Origin: Hemiscyllium ocellatum
Lineage: Eukaryota
Direction of reading: 5' to 3'
DNA length: 64,000 nucleotides
Assembly: GCF_020745735.1 (NCBI RefSeq)
Contig: NC_083417.1
Coordinates: forward strand, 46,996,001 to 47,060,000
Part shown: piece by piece, positions 26,078 through 39,592 of the stretch
Layout: the number at the start of each line of letters is the position of its first letter
Numbering within the stretch: the first letter of the stretch is position 1
Notes under the pieces: model-generated
Seen by the model: the letters and a program-made list of their open reading frames with translations, nothing else
Databases searched by the model: none
What the model was told of the DNA's origin: nothing
Translations under genes and position numbers: made by a program

Positions 26078-26630
26078 TCATAGAGTCATATATCACAAAA
26101 ACAGACCCTTCAATCCAATTCATCTATGCCGACCAGACATCCCAACTTGAACTAATCACATTTGCCTGCACTTGGCCCATATCCCTCTAAACCCTTCTCA
26201 TTCATATACTCATCCAGATGCCGTTTAAATGTTGTAATTGTACTAGCCTCCACCACTTCCTCTGGCGGCTCATTCCATACAAGCACCAGCCTCTGTGTGA
26301 AAATGTTACCCCTCAGGTTCTTTTAAAATATTTCCCCTCTCACTTTAAGCCTATTCCCTTTAGTTTTGAACTCCCCCACCCTATGAAAAAGAGCTTGGCT
26401 ATTCACCCTATCCATGCCTCTCATGATTTTATAAACCTCTTTAAGGCCACCCCTCAGCCTCTGACATTCCAGGGAAAACAGTCCCAGCCTAAAAAGCCTC
26501 TCCTGTAACACAAGCCCTTCAGTCCTGGCAATATCCTTGTAAATCTCTTTTGTACACTCTCAAGTTTAACAACAGCCTTCCCACAGAAGGCCGACCAGAA
26601 CTGTGTACAGTATTCGAAAAGTGACCTCAG
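26078..26630 (-). mobile_element. CR1 LINE 3' fragment
   Basis: EYCTQFWS, SVQKRFTRILPGL, RLRGGL on the minus strand. Confidence 0.9.
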
Positions 26631-28049
26631 TTTCACTTGTGACAGAGTCTTTCATTTTAAGGCAACTATCAAATGGTATATATTGTATTTTACAGCAGAT
26701 CTTTTAACTTCATTTTATTTGTAGCTTTTCAACCATAAAATATTAATTTTAATTTATTAAATTCTTCATTAGAATTTTTATTTTGAAAATCATTTCATTT
26801 TGATGGCTCTTAAATTCCACTACTCATCCCAATGGCTTTCTCTCTCTATTTGTTAAGTGGTGCCCTCGAAATTAAACAAAATTCACTTTTCCTTAGAACT
26901 TAAATGTCATTTTCAGTAGCTACGACAACTGAAACATTTTCTGATTTTACTTGTACTCCTTTTATTTGCTTTCTGAGAATCTCCTTAGACTTTATGTTTT
27001 CACTTTTGGCCTCATTCAGCAATCATATTTGCTAAGTGTCATTTTTACTGATTGCCTCTCAAAAACTGGGAGGCAGAATTTCTACTAGTTTGATTCCTGA
27101 CAATTGAAAGACTGAAGGGAGCTGACTATTTCATACAGTACAAAAGAAAGCTGTCATTATGCTGGAAGAACGAGTTATCCCTAGATTGTAAGCACAAAAA
27201 TGCATCCATAAATAGCTGTATAAATCTTGGCACTTTAAGTGCAAACTATGTCCGCAAGGTGCTGACAAGAGCACAACATCAAAGAGACAAGTTTGAATTG
27301 GACCTCAACTAATATGCTTATTTTAACTATCCTTCAGGGAATGTTTGCTGGACTCAGCTAAGCTGTTAAGGGATAAAGAATGCTTGATGAAGAAAAAGAA
27401 GTTGGAATACTTCCCCTTGAGTGGCATACAAGCTCAATTCATATGGAATCAAAGTTGGATTCTATAAAGAGTTATGTAAGCCTCACTGTCCATTTTTATA
27501 GAAAAATCTAGAAAAAGGCTGATTATTGTGCGCTAGGAAAGTATACTTTCTGTCTCAGTTAACCAAATATGCAAAAAGTCATATGCAAATTGTAATTTTT
27601 AAATTGTGGTATCTTTCTGCAACAATACACAGGCCTATGGAACTCTTTTTAAAAGGTAGCAATAGAATGTCTATTGTGGCATAAATACCTGGGGTTTAGT
27701 GGCATTAATTGCTTCTTGAAAGTGTCTGAACAAGTTACTTTTATGGGAGCTGACTCTCACTGTTTAATTTAAATCTACTTGAATATCAGCACAGGCACAA
27801 TGTAAAATTAAATCCACCTGCAACTTGGACCAGCTAATGGTTTCTTTCACATTTGTATACTTTCAACCTTTATAGCAATGGAATCAACCAACAATAAATG
27901 GCACAAAGTTTAGTTTGAGATTTCAAGTTGCATTATTGTGAAACATTTAACAACAGATGTGATTAGGTTCATTTTATTCAATCAGCACAACTTATATTCA
28001 CATAACAATGCAAAATAATTTAGATCAATCCCACTGAATAGAGTAAACA

Positions 28050-28530
28050 TTGCAGTGCTGGATAAACTCAGTGCATCTGGTAACATGTATCAAGAAAGAA
28101 AAACAAGAGTTAACATTTTGAATCCAATAACTCTTTTTCAGTACTGATGAGATGGGTGGAATGTGATAATATTTATATTTTCGAAAAAGATGGGGAGAAA
28201 CAAGTGGAAAAGAAGTGAAGGTCAGGGAAGGTCAGATGGCAAGAGTTCTCTACAACCATTAACACTCTCTTGATTTTTTTGTTCTGTGATACCTATGGCC
28301 GCTATTTTCTATCAGTTCCTGATTTTCCCTTCTGTTCCATTTTCTCCTTTTCACTTTTTTCTAATATAAAACACCTCACTTTTCCATCTCTCCCTTCAGT
28401 TCCTAGCAAGAGTCATATTGGACTTGAATAGTTAACTCTATTTGTATCTTCAAATATACTGTCAGATCTGCAGAATTTCTCCAGACCTTCTTGTTTATAT
28501 TTTAGATTTCTATCATTTGCATTATGTTGC
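28050..28530. mobile_element. Old fold-back PLE-derived element (family C-like)
   Basis: gctggataaactcag...agagttaac versus gttaactcta...aatttctccag inverted arms. Confidence 0.55.
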
Positions 28531-29539
28531 TATTGTCCTACTAAGGTAGAGTTCTTTTTTTGCCATGACTTAAACAGAACAGTCCCTCGAAATCCTGGAC
28601 AGATTCATTGCTCCTCCACTTATGTCTTCCAAGAGGGCCTGGGCAAAATCTCATTTCCAAAGATTCAACTCAGATTTTGATATCTGTATTGATCTCTATC
28701 AATATAGAAGGCTGCCCCTTAGTTTAGAAATTATTGAGATCAGATGGGAATTCACATGAGTTTGGGAGGTTATAAAGCTAAACCCAGAAAGGGTGAGAAG
28801 GAAGCTGTAGATCAGATAAAGAACTGCCAAGTTGCTTCTTCAACCCCCTTTATGAATATCAAAGATGCCAAAGCAGAAATTTCAGTAGTCCAGTAAATAT
28901 TCAGTCTTTGTATGAAGTACAGCAAATTTACCTCATTACAAAAAAGTAAGATACATTCAGTAGATAATAATGCTCATTTGATTGCAAGCTCTTGAAAATG
29001 TTAACTTGGTCATTGTTCAACACTAAAATTCAGAGTTGCCTTAGAAGGAAGGGACACTAATTTTACAATGCAGGAATGTGTTGCATTATTTTTACACATT
29101 GAATGTACATCAAAATAAAATAAATTTTGGAAGAAATAAAGGTTGCTTTTTACCAGCTGTAAAATTGGCAAAACCTCATAATTGAAAGATATGGAGGATT
29201 ATCACTTTAGATATTATGATTAGATAATAGCACAATGTTGAATTAGAAATAAAATGTGTTAGCTTTTTCAAAGAAGTTCATATTTTATGATTATTGAAAT
29301 CAAACACTGTTTCCTATAAATATATTTTCTCACCATATCATTACAAAATCATTAATACATTGTTCATTACTTCAATTTGAAAATGTGGTGATCAGGCATA
29401 AGTGTAGAGGCTTTTAAGTATTGCCAACAGAATTCAAATGTCTGTTTTTATATCTAATTCTGGGCTCTGCACACAGCTTTTAATCAATGTATTATACATC
29501 GAATTGATAATCTTAACTCCTAATTATTCAAATACATTA

Positions 29540-30190
29540 AATATTCATAGATAACAGAACAAATTTTTACATTTTCTTGACTTTCTTCTCCACTAATTAT
29601 TATGCCTGGAAGCTTTTCAGAGGAGAAGCAGCCATCAGCTTGACTGAACTTGACAAGCTGGCACGGCCCAATTACACTGCTGCTCCAAAGAGCTTTGATG
29701 TAGTGGAAACGAAAAGAGATAGGGGCAAATTGTACAGCACATTATGTTAATGACTTGATTTAATACAAGCACTAAACTTTATGTAGACTGTTAAGGAAGA
29801 TGCTAACACTAATTACGCCACTTTGGTGAGGAAAGGAGGGGACAAGCATTTCATTCTGACAAAGTGCAGCTCATAAATGTTGTAAATGAAATGAAGTAAT
29901 CTGTGTTTAATTATACATCACAGGCAGCAAAAAGAGACAGGACCTACAGTAAAGCATGGTCTAGAAGACCTGTTGGATTTATTTTTCGATTAAAATATCC
30001 AAAAAAATTGCTTTGAAGTGTGATATACTATTGGTATAATACTGCAATTGGTAAGCCACTTTAATTACAACACTTGACATGAAAACATACATGCATTTAA
30101 AACACAATTCAGTATGTACTGTGAATTCCTAATTAATTGCAGATCTGCTGAGTTATTGTTTAATTACATCTGCTGGGTTCGCCACCTTAA
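29540..30190. promoter_or_regulatory. Candidate conserved non-coding element / developmental enhancer
   Basis: Repeat-free and AT-rich, with dense TAAT/ATTA motifs, TCF/LEF sites CTTTGAT (29693) and CTTTGAA (30011), and TCATAAA. RPGRIP1L lies in the FTO-IRX3/5 regulatory block. Conservation not tested. Confidence 0.5.
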
Positions 30191-31883
30191 GCATTCTGGA
30201 AATTTATATTTTTCATTATCTTACAGTCAACAGGAGAACATGGTTTTTAATCCTATAATTACACTTACTATCTGGCAGTATTTCGACCTGCAGTCTCCCA
30301 CCCTCAAGTTCACAAACGAGTCTGTTAAAGGTAGTTAGTTTTTCTTATGATATTACATCTTTAACGTTTGCCTCAGTTCAATACACATTAAAATTGCTGA
30401 GTGAACTTAAAGTCAAGTTAAATAAGTGTTACTTACCACTCCTAAAATAAAAATTACACATATGTAATTTTCTATCATATCACAGATGGATTAAGACTTT
30501 AAAATTGCAAGCATATTTCTGATTCCTACTCAACATAATATGCAATGTGGGTACTTTGCTAAGAAGTTAGTCATTCGTCACTTTAAAATGTCATAAATTT
30601 TGATTCTTTAGTGCACTGAACATGTAATTAAATATTCTATGGATTCTTCTAGTTAAAAAGGCATCTGTGCCACTATTTGAAATTGGTGGTGACATTTTTA
30701 CACCCCTCTGGAGACAGAGAAGTAGACTGACAGCCAATCACCCATGGGCAATTGCTTAGTGTAGCTGGTCACATAATGAGATGTCAGACTTACTTTATTT
30801 AAGGACTGGATGGGGATTGAAAGCCAATCAGGAATGGTTATTGACTAATGTAGCGGTTATACTACTTAATGCTAGAAATGCAGAACATGCAAGAGAAGAG
30901 AACATCGAAAAAGATTCGTGCAAATGACCTTCTGCACTTAGCCTTGATAAATGAATCAATCAGATGTTTTCAATAAAGACAACAAGCTGAGGTAGAGAAA
31001 TCCTCCATAACTGATAGCTCTCAACAAACCATTAATGTATACAGAAAGTATTAGAAGTTATCTTTTGAAAAAACCTTTTCAATGATACTTCTCCAATTCA
31101 GGTTTGAAATGTAGCACTTCTGGGATAAAATATTACTTTCAGCTTTCATCTAGTACAGACCTGCAAGGCTGTAGAGAGAAGCTTATATACATTATCAACT
31201 CGACGGTAAGAAAATTTAGTCGGAATTTGCCTACTTTACAAAATGAAAATCTCAAATTTAAACTTTAAATTTTCTTTGAAAAATGTAAACACTAATTTAG
31301 TTAATCTTCCAAAATAAGCCTGCATATCTAAAAGCATTAAACCACATTTACACAAGCAACAACACAGTGCGAACTAAAAATATTCAGATTTTGTGTTGAT
31401 AGCTGTGATTGGTAAATGACAGGCTTCAGTTTCTCCATTAGTATTAATTCAACTTCTTGATTTAACACAGATCGATGAAGCTCAGAAATGTCACTGCAAA
31501 ATTAGGTGTATAAAATATTTTGAGATTGCATAATAATTGCAAGACTGGGTAGGGGTTCCCTTCCACTTGGAAATCAGGTACCAAATGTTGAACAAAAGGA
31601 GTATGCTAACAATGGATACACAGCCGTTTGAATCAACTTTGCTGATTCTGTTTGCCTTGCTTCTTCTTATCCCATTTTTTTCCCTTTCCACATCTGATTT
31701 TATGTCATTCCACTTTTGTTCCCTTTCTCCACTAACTGTATCCCTTGATCAGCAATAAAGCTTAATAATCTGGTGTTAAAAGAATAATACTATCTCTGTC
31801 CTAAACATTATATTGCCTTGCATTAAAACTGTTTTCTATAGATCACATAATCAAATTTCAAACATTTAACGGAATAGACTAAC

Positions 31884-31963
31884 CTGCTTTATGTGTGTTG
31901 ACAGCCGGCCTGGGACAATACAATCATCACTGTCCGTTATTGATTCCTCAACATCATCATCAA
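31884..31963 (-). CDS. RPGRIP1L: RPGRIP1L exon (V-DDDVEESITDSDDCIVPGRLSTHIKQ)
   Basis: tttctttcccag|TT ... CAG|gttagt, 80 bp, phase 1 to 0. DSDDCI.PG.....IKQ is diagnostic of RPGRIP1L. Confidence 0.94.
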
Positions 31964-33034
31964 CTGGGAAAGAAATAAATTCAATGCTTAAAAACAATAG
32001 ACTAATATTCTTTTACAATTTTATAGTTGGAACATATGGCCACACAATATTGTGATAAAAATGATGAAGCAATCATATAACTTCATAAGAGTTGTGACAA
32101 ACGTTAACAGTTGTAGGCCTATACTGCATATTTAAAGAACATAGTTTAGTTACATGGATGACTGCTAAGTATCTCAGTAAATTACATTAAACTTACAAAT
32201 TATTTGTTTAGGTCTTGCATATTGTCCTACAATATGTGCCAAGATTAGAGCTTTATCAGATACCAGCTTTCATTTCATCTTATGATACGACTACACAGAG
32301 GCAAAAACAATAACCAATAGATATGAAGTACAGACTGAAACACAGTCATAGTAAGCTATTACTTTACCTGCTTTTGAGGGCAACTAAATTAACATGAAAT
32401 AATAAAACTGTTCCATAACTAAGAAAATAAATATAGTACTATTGATAACAATTCTCATTCTAACAGAACAGAAATAATGCTAAATATCACTGGAGAAATA
32501 GAGAATCAATTGAAAGGTTCTGAAGAAAATCAGTCTGGTTTCTATCTAAGCTTTACAGTAGTCTTTTTTTTCCAGTCACTGCAAAGGACACTCCATTGAA
32601 AAATCCATAGATCATAGTACCTGGCAGAATGAATAGTCTGTTTATATATGTGCCATTTTCACATCAGATTTTTAAAAATTCTTTATCATTCACAAAATAC
32701 GGCCAAAACAATCAGCATGTCGACCATCTTTAATTGCTGGAAATTTGATGCAATCGAGTAGCTTGCATGGTCACTTTTAACATTGCTATGGGACTAAAGT
32801 CAGTTTTTGGCGACAATGGTTCAAAATGGCAAGTTTCGCTTCCTTGAAGGATGAGGGAGGGTATAAAATTATGAGAAAGCAGCAATCATTTGCTCAAAAA
32901 CATTAGAACAAATTATTACTTGTACAAGGTTTTGCTGCATCTGGTTTAGCAGGCTATCATTATTTACCTTACAAAGTTTCTTTGGGCAAAAAGTTTTTAT
33001 TTTCTTTGTCTGTCTACACACTAATGATGTTTTA

Positions 33035-34570
33035 AGTTGACAAGACACCAGGATTGGATGAGATGCACCCAAGGATATTGAAGGAAGTGAGACTGGAAAT
33101 TTCAGGGGCACTAGCCACAATCTTTCAGTCTTCCCTAGAGTTCGGGGAGGTGCCAGAGGTCTGGAGAATTGCAAACATTATTGCCTTCTTCCAGAAAGTT
33201 TGGAAGGACAAGCCCATCAACTATGACCGTTCAGTTTAAGTGGTTCGGGAGCTTCCAGAAACAATTATTTGAGATACAAAAATTGTAATATGGAATAAGC
33301 TGAGTTGATTAGGAAAAGCCATTTCTAAAAAAGAAATCATGTTTAACGAACCTGCTGGAAATTTTTGAAGAGATAACAAAAGCCTTGATACGGGTAATGT
33401 TATCGATGTGGTGTTTCTGAACTTTGAGATGATATGCTGCTACATAGCAGACTTGAGGAAAGTTATAGATCATGGAATAAAAAAGTCAATAATAACATGG
33501 ATACAAAATTGACTGAGTGATTGGAAATGGACACTAATGGTCAATGGATATTTTTCAGGCTGGAGAAAGTTTGTAGTAGAGTCACCCAGGCATCGGTATT
33601 GGGAAGTCTTGCTTTCCCTGATATACATATTAATGATCTTGATCTTGGTGTGTAGGGGGAAATTTCAAAATTTTCAGATGATACAAAACTTGGTTCAATT
33701 GTCAACTGTGAGGAGGACAGTGTAGAACTCCATAAATATACAGACAAGTTGATGGAGTGTGCACACAGATGGCAGATGTATTTCAATGTTGGGAAGTGAT
33801 TTTGGTAGAAAGAACATTGAAAGGCAAGATAAAAAAAGTGTCTCAATTCTAAGGGAGTGCAGAAGTAGTAGTAGGACCTGAGTGTATATGTGCACAGATC
33901 ATTGAAAATGGCAGGAGAGGGAGAGAGAGGATAAGTGAAGCATTCAGCATGCTGACCTTAATTAATAGGGTCATTGAGTACAAGAGAAAACAGGTGCTGT
34001 TGAAATTATGTAAGACATTTGTTTGACCTCAGCTGGAGTACTGTGTACTATTCTGGGCAGTAAATCATAGAAAGCATATGAATGCATTGGAGAGGGTGCA
34101 GAAGCAGATTATAAGAATGGTTCCATGATGAAAAACTTTAGGACTGTTCACTGTGGAGAGAAGAAAGCTAGGAAGAGATCTGACAGAGGCTTTCAAAATT
34201 ATGAGTGGGCTGGACAGAGTAGAATAGGGAGAAACTGTTCCTCCTTGTAAAAGGGATAACAAAAAAATAGAGGGCACCAATTTAAAGTGTTCTGCAAAAA
34301 AAACCAAGGATGAATTGAGTAAAAACATTTTCATTCAATGAGTAATTGGAATATGAAAAGCACTGCTGGTGGTCTGGTGGAGGCAGGTTCAATTGAGACA
34401 TTCAAAAAAACATTGGATGATTATTTGGATAAAAATAATGTGCAAGGGTATGGGTGATAAGGCAGGAGAGTAGCACTAGGTAATGCTCTTTATTTAATGA
34501 GCTCATGCAGGCATGATGAACTGAATATCCTCCTTATGCGACATAACATTTCCGTAATTCTTCTATGATA
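33035..34570 (+). mobile_element. Degenerate CR1 LINE
   Basis: DEMHPRIL, PEVWRIANI, KFSDDTKL, EYCVLFW remnants. Confidence 0.88.
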
Positions 34571-34612
34571 CAATGCACTTACGAGACAACACCAATAAAT
34601 TAAAGATACAAC

Positions 34613-34751
34613 CTTGGCCAGGCTCTGTATCATCTAGTTTTTCAGTTATTCCAGAAATAGTGGAAGTCAGCTCTGCAGAGAAATCTGAGCTCTCCTCATC
34701 ATTCTCCGATCCTTGTGCATTTTCCAACTCTGCATCTGTGACAATCTGTGT
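34613..34751 (-). CDS. RPGRIP1L: RPGRIP1L acidic linker exon (TQIVTDAELENAQGSENDEESSDFSAELTSTISGITEKLDDTEPGQ-)
   Basis: aatgttttaaag|ACA ... CAAG|gttgta, 139 bp, phase 0 to 1. Acidic composition with ITE.L..EP like RPGRIP1L EITEDLEPE. Joins the next exon in frame. Confidence 0.78.
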
Positions 34752-34904
34752 CTTTAAAACATTATTTAATACTTATTTTAGAATAATATGTAGATAACAC
34801 CACTAAATGTGTACAGTGTTTACAAAATTCAAGATAAAATTGTACACCAATTTGAAATGCAACATAGAACTTGATCATTACTTAGTTGATACAAGAGATA
34901 CAAT

Positions 34905-35190
34905 GGGCGGGACAGTGGCTCAGTGATTAGCACTGCTGCCTCACAGCACCAGGATCCCAGTTCATTTCTAGCCTCAGGTGACTGTCTGTGTGGAATTTGC
35001 GCATTCTTCCCGTGTCTGTGTGTGTTTCCTCCCACAGTCCAAAGGTGTGCAGGTCAAGTAAATTGGCCATGCTAAATAGTGTTAGGTGCATTAGTCAGAG
35101 GGAAATGGGCCTGGGTGGGTTACTTTTCAGAGGAGTGGTGTGGACTGGTTGGGCCAAAGGGCCTGTTTCCACACTGTAGGGAATCGAATA
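34905..35190 (+). mobile_element. HE1-like V-SINE
   Basis: gtggctcagtgattagcactgctgcctcacagc head, V-domain, tail gggcctgtttccacactgtaggga. Confidence 0.9.
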
Positions 35191-37174
35191 AGATGGAATT
35201 TTCCACTCCTCAGTGTGGCAGGGGTAATGGTGAGAATGAAAGAAGAATCAGAATCTCAACATTGATTAAAACGTTTTTTGATTTTGCCTTTAAACTTTTA
35301 CTGGCAAATTCAGAATCTCAGAAACTGAGTAGCAATATCTTATTTCCAAACATTTGCACCTAATTTTTAGCGTAATTTGTATAATTTCTATGTCACTTCC
35401 ACTTCTCCTCTCCTTTCTTGTAGTGGCAAACTACCAACCTTATCACATCATGATAACTATTCTTGGCCCAACTCAGGGAACATTTTGGCCTTCAACACAT
35501 TAGAGCTCAGCAACGTCAATGCCTTGCATGCTTCTAACAAGTTGTTTTGCATGCAAGGGTCATACACACATCTACACAGGATTTATCTTAGGTCTCTTAG
35601 CTTGCCTCTTTAACTGGTAATTCATTTTTCTCCTACCTGCAGGCTGTCAATCTCTGTGGTTTGCATTGCTTTTTAGTGCAGAGGAAGAGGCAACTTGTCA
35701 TAGTGGGGAATGTGAACAGTCAAAAAGGTGGACATATTGCTGTATGGCACTGTTCAATGTCAACATTACACCTGAAGCATATGCCAGCAGCTGAGACAGT
35801 AAATACACTATGTGTTTCAGGCCTCGTCTGAACGTCAAAGGTGAACAGTCGTCAGAGGGGGCAATGGGATTAGTCACGGGGTACTATCGCCATAAGTCAG
35901 CAGATTTCAGATTTCAATCCAGGGTTTTGACAATCGTCAGTGAGGCGCTTGTCCTCCCAGTGTTTGGGGGATCTATGTCCTTGCAGTGCAGGAATTAGAC
36001 CACAGTTTGTCCTGCAAGTCAAATGCAAGCAATTGAGAATTACAGGTAGGCTAATCGAGGTTTTGAGGAGATGTTAATCTGGGAACTCGACTGTGGTTCT
36101 TTGGTGCTGTTTTACAAAGTCAATCCTGTGGGTTTGCTTGATAGTCTGAGGACTATTGGAGATTTGGGGTGGGGGTGTTGGCGGGGGTGGGGGAGTGGAA
36201 TGCTTTCTGTAGCTCTTCTTGGTATAATAGTCCACCGTGTGGGGGAGTTTTCATTGTACATCTTCCCCACCTTCAATGACAGTACATTCCTTTTAAAAAC
36301 TCATGCACAGAATGAACCTTTCATCATGGATTCCATACTCTCATTAACAATGTGGTTATAAGTGTGGTATCAGGCCAGGTCTGAGCACAATCTCTGCACA
36401 TTGTATTGAGTCTCAGCATTGTCCACAAGTGCAATGTGCTGGCTGCAGTCATCAATGTCAAAGGTCCCTGATGCTTGAGTCTGTTGCTGTTAAAGATGAG
36501 CAATCTTTATACCTTCTTTCACCATTGGGATGTCTGAAGAGGTTGACCATCTATCAAATGTGCATAAATTCACTGGGTCCAATGGCAAAGATGACACAAG
36601 AGTAGACGATTTAAGTGTTCAAGTGAGAATATATTTACAAAAGTGCAAAATCATTGACAATTATTTCAACCGTGTCACCTCTGTGCCCTCAGCATAATTT
36701 TGTTTCCTCCCCCTCTCACAATGTCTAAAGATAGTCCTGATGCCTGCAGGTGAGATAGGAAACCTTGCTTTATATTTGGCCCTTTTGGCCTGGAAGACTT
36801 CAGCAGTTGTCCTTAGAGGCATTTGGTCCTACAGGACATAGATGGCCTGAGAATGGCTTGCCCAGAAGCAGGCTTACTATCTTTGACTTGGACTTCTGCA
36901 GGCTTTGGCAGTATAGGCAGTGGGGAAACTGAGATGTTGGACACCTTTGGGGTCCTGAAAAGAAACCTCTGAGGACATCTGCTTGGCTGCTCCTCCATGT
37001 AGGTGTTACCTGGCACCATCTGATCTATCTGAGAGAATAGCAACTGCAGTGAGGATAAGGTCCTTTTCCCCTCTCTTACCATTGATGCAGAGCACATATG
37101 GCTAGAGCAATAGAGTGCAGGTCCATGTATATATTCAACCAACACTGATTGAACCTTGGTTTCCATGGCAGTTG

Positions 37175-37345
37175 GAAAAGCGCAGCAGGTCAGGCAGCAT
37201 CCAAGGAGTAGGAGAATCCGGATTCCTGAAGAAGGGTTCATGCCCAAAACGTCGATTCTCCTGCTCCTTGAATGCTGCCTGACCTGCTGCACTTTTCCAG
37301 CAACACATTTTTAGCTCTGATCTCCAGCATCTGCAGTCCTCACTT
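37175..37345. mobile_element. Fold-back Penelope-derived mini-element (family A), hammerhead with G12>A
   Basis: Perfect 15-bp TSD tttccatggcagttg at 37160-37174 and 37346-37360. Inverted arms. Motif cctgaagaagggttcatgcccAaaacgtc. Confidence 0.88.
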
Positions 37346-38389
37346 TTTCCATGGCAGTTGCCAATCTCTTCATAGAGAGAGATAGATGCCTGCATTCTGG
37401 AGTCAGAACAGTATGAAAACATTGTTGAATTCCTCTGTGCTTTGATCAAGTTTGTGTCCGTTCACTTGACAAAGTCATTAGTGACTAAGACCACAGGATT
37501 GTTGTTTGCTTGCGGTTGAGCTGTTGTCTGGTCTCCAGTAGTTTTCTGAGTGCCAGAGACTTTGGCATTTCTTTCTCAGCCAACTGTAAAGATGTAACAG
37601 AGATGTACTCATCAGATTGCATTCCTGAGTCTAATCTTGATCATGTACCCAACATGGTGGATGTCTTTACACTCATGGAAATTGAAGGTATAATTCTTGC
37701 CAGTGCATCCTCTTAGATTGAGTGGCTTCATCACCAAAAAGGTAGAAATGAGGGTCTTTGGTGCTGTCTTCTTCCTGGCAGAAGTTGCTGGCTAATACTG
37801 GTGCCTTAAATGTAGAGGTGAGGTAATTTGTTGATTAAGGTAAATAAACTCTTAGGCAGATTAAGAATGAATTAGTACTGATATTATTGGGAAAACAGCC
37901 AACACAGCACAACAAAGCTTCCTGGTTTGGTTGACCATTAAGCGCTCCTGTCCACACATAAGCAGTCCTGCTCTTCTCTGGTCAAACTCCTCAAAAGGAG
38001 TTAGAAACTGGATGTCCATCTGCTCCTCACTTATCTTGACCTGCTTGGTCCCATTATGGGGACCAGGTTTTCTTGCAATGAGATAAAAGAAGGATTGAGT
38101 GAGATGAAAGTGGATGCAAGATTGGTTAGTGGTGATACAAGAGCTGGAGAGGGGTGAGACGGCCCCATGAGGTGAGTAGAAACACAGAAGGTAGAAAGAC
38201 ATTGTAATTTTGGTGGATGAGGTGATTGGGAGTCATTGCATGGGCAGGGTATATGCAATAGTGAGTGACTGTAACAATAGTGAGAGCCATAGTAAAATGA
38301 GAATATAATGGCAGAGTTAAAGTGGATGGTGGCCCTGAGTGTGAGGTACTGGAAAGAGGATGTTGGTACTTAACTTTGTAGCACACGGA

Positions 38390-38610
38390 TAAGCATTGAT
38401 CATCTGCCTGTGCTGCTGAATGTCCTGTTTAACCTGGGACACTGCACTGACTGAGACTGCTACCTGTGTCCTGGCTGGCAATGTCTGGTGACATGGTCTC
38501 CTTTGGTGGCCTTCAGGAAGAAGAACACTTCTCCTCTTGAGCACCTTATCAACGAGCACTTCTGGGCACCTGTCTGCAAAGACGACAGCGAGCTTGGCTT
38601 TCTGGCCATG
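38390..38610 (-). mobile_element. Harbinger transposon Myb/SANT-like (NAIF1-type) DNA-binding gene remnant
   Basis: FADRCPEVLVDKVLKRRSVLLP...TQVAVSVSAVS..QQ.RQMIN resembles the Myb_DNA-bind_5 pattern (F...LEVLV..V..R..VLF ... W..VA..VSAVS ... QCRK..N). Confidence 0.6.
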
Positions 38611-38860
38611 TCATTGGTCTGGAAATTGGTGCAGGATCATAGTATTAGAGCCTGGCTTGGAGTTTCTGAGATGGTGTATAATGGGCTTTAAATATGGCAC
38701 CAATGGTATGAATACAAGAAGGCATTAACACTGGCGTGCACTTCCACCTCTCATGCCTCGTAATTCCAGAAGGGCAGCTAACAGCCCAGTTGAATAATTA
38801 ATGAGAGGAAGGGTGGAAGATTGCATGAAAAATGTCACTCTGGTCCATGGCTAATTAGTA

Positions 38861-39079
38861 CAGTCGATTCTGCTATAACACATGTTTCTTCAACATGAAT
38901 TGGCTTTAATGCGATGGAAGAATTTAGACCATTATTTTTAGAATGCAAACTTTCCTTATCTGTATTGGCTATAATGTGATTCGGGTTCCATTAGTTTAAA
39001 TGATGTGGCTATTGTGCAATTTTCTTATAATATGAGAGTGCAGGAGAACTGAACTATCGCATTATATCAGAACCAACTG
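38861..39079. mobile_element. pogo/Tigger-like MITE
   Basis: TA|CAGTCGATTCTGCTATAAC ... ATTATATCAGAACCAACTG imperfect TIRs, about 220 bp, non-coding. Confidence 0.7.
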
Positions 39080-39592
39080 TTCAATGTATTTCACTCAAAC
39101 CACAAATTGAAAATGGGAATATTCTACTCATGCATTTTCTGCAATAAAACCTATATAAAGGCAACACCATATTAAATGTTCTACTTGTGAGAAAAAGTAA
39201 TACTTCTGTCATTAAAAAATTAAGTTTTGAAATTACTTTCTCCATGGATGTTATGGTGCAGAAGTATCACGGTGGCTTTGTACATGAATCACAAAAAATT
39301 AGTATGCAGATGTAGAACATTATTAGGAAGGCAAGTCAGGAAGGCCTGTTACAATGATGTAGAATATTGGCAATTCAGCTCTTCAAAGATTGTATGCAGG
39401 TTTGGTCTCCTTACTTGCGTTGGATCGGGTTCATTGAAGATTTTTAAAAATTCATTCAGGAGATGTGGGTTTCACTGGCTGGGTCAGCACTTATTGCCCA
39501 TCCCACACTGCCCTTGATTATGTATTGGTGAACTGCTATCGTGAACTATGCAATTCATAATGCTGATTCCTGGGATGAAAGTTATTGCCATA

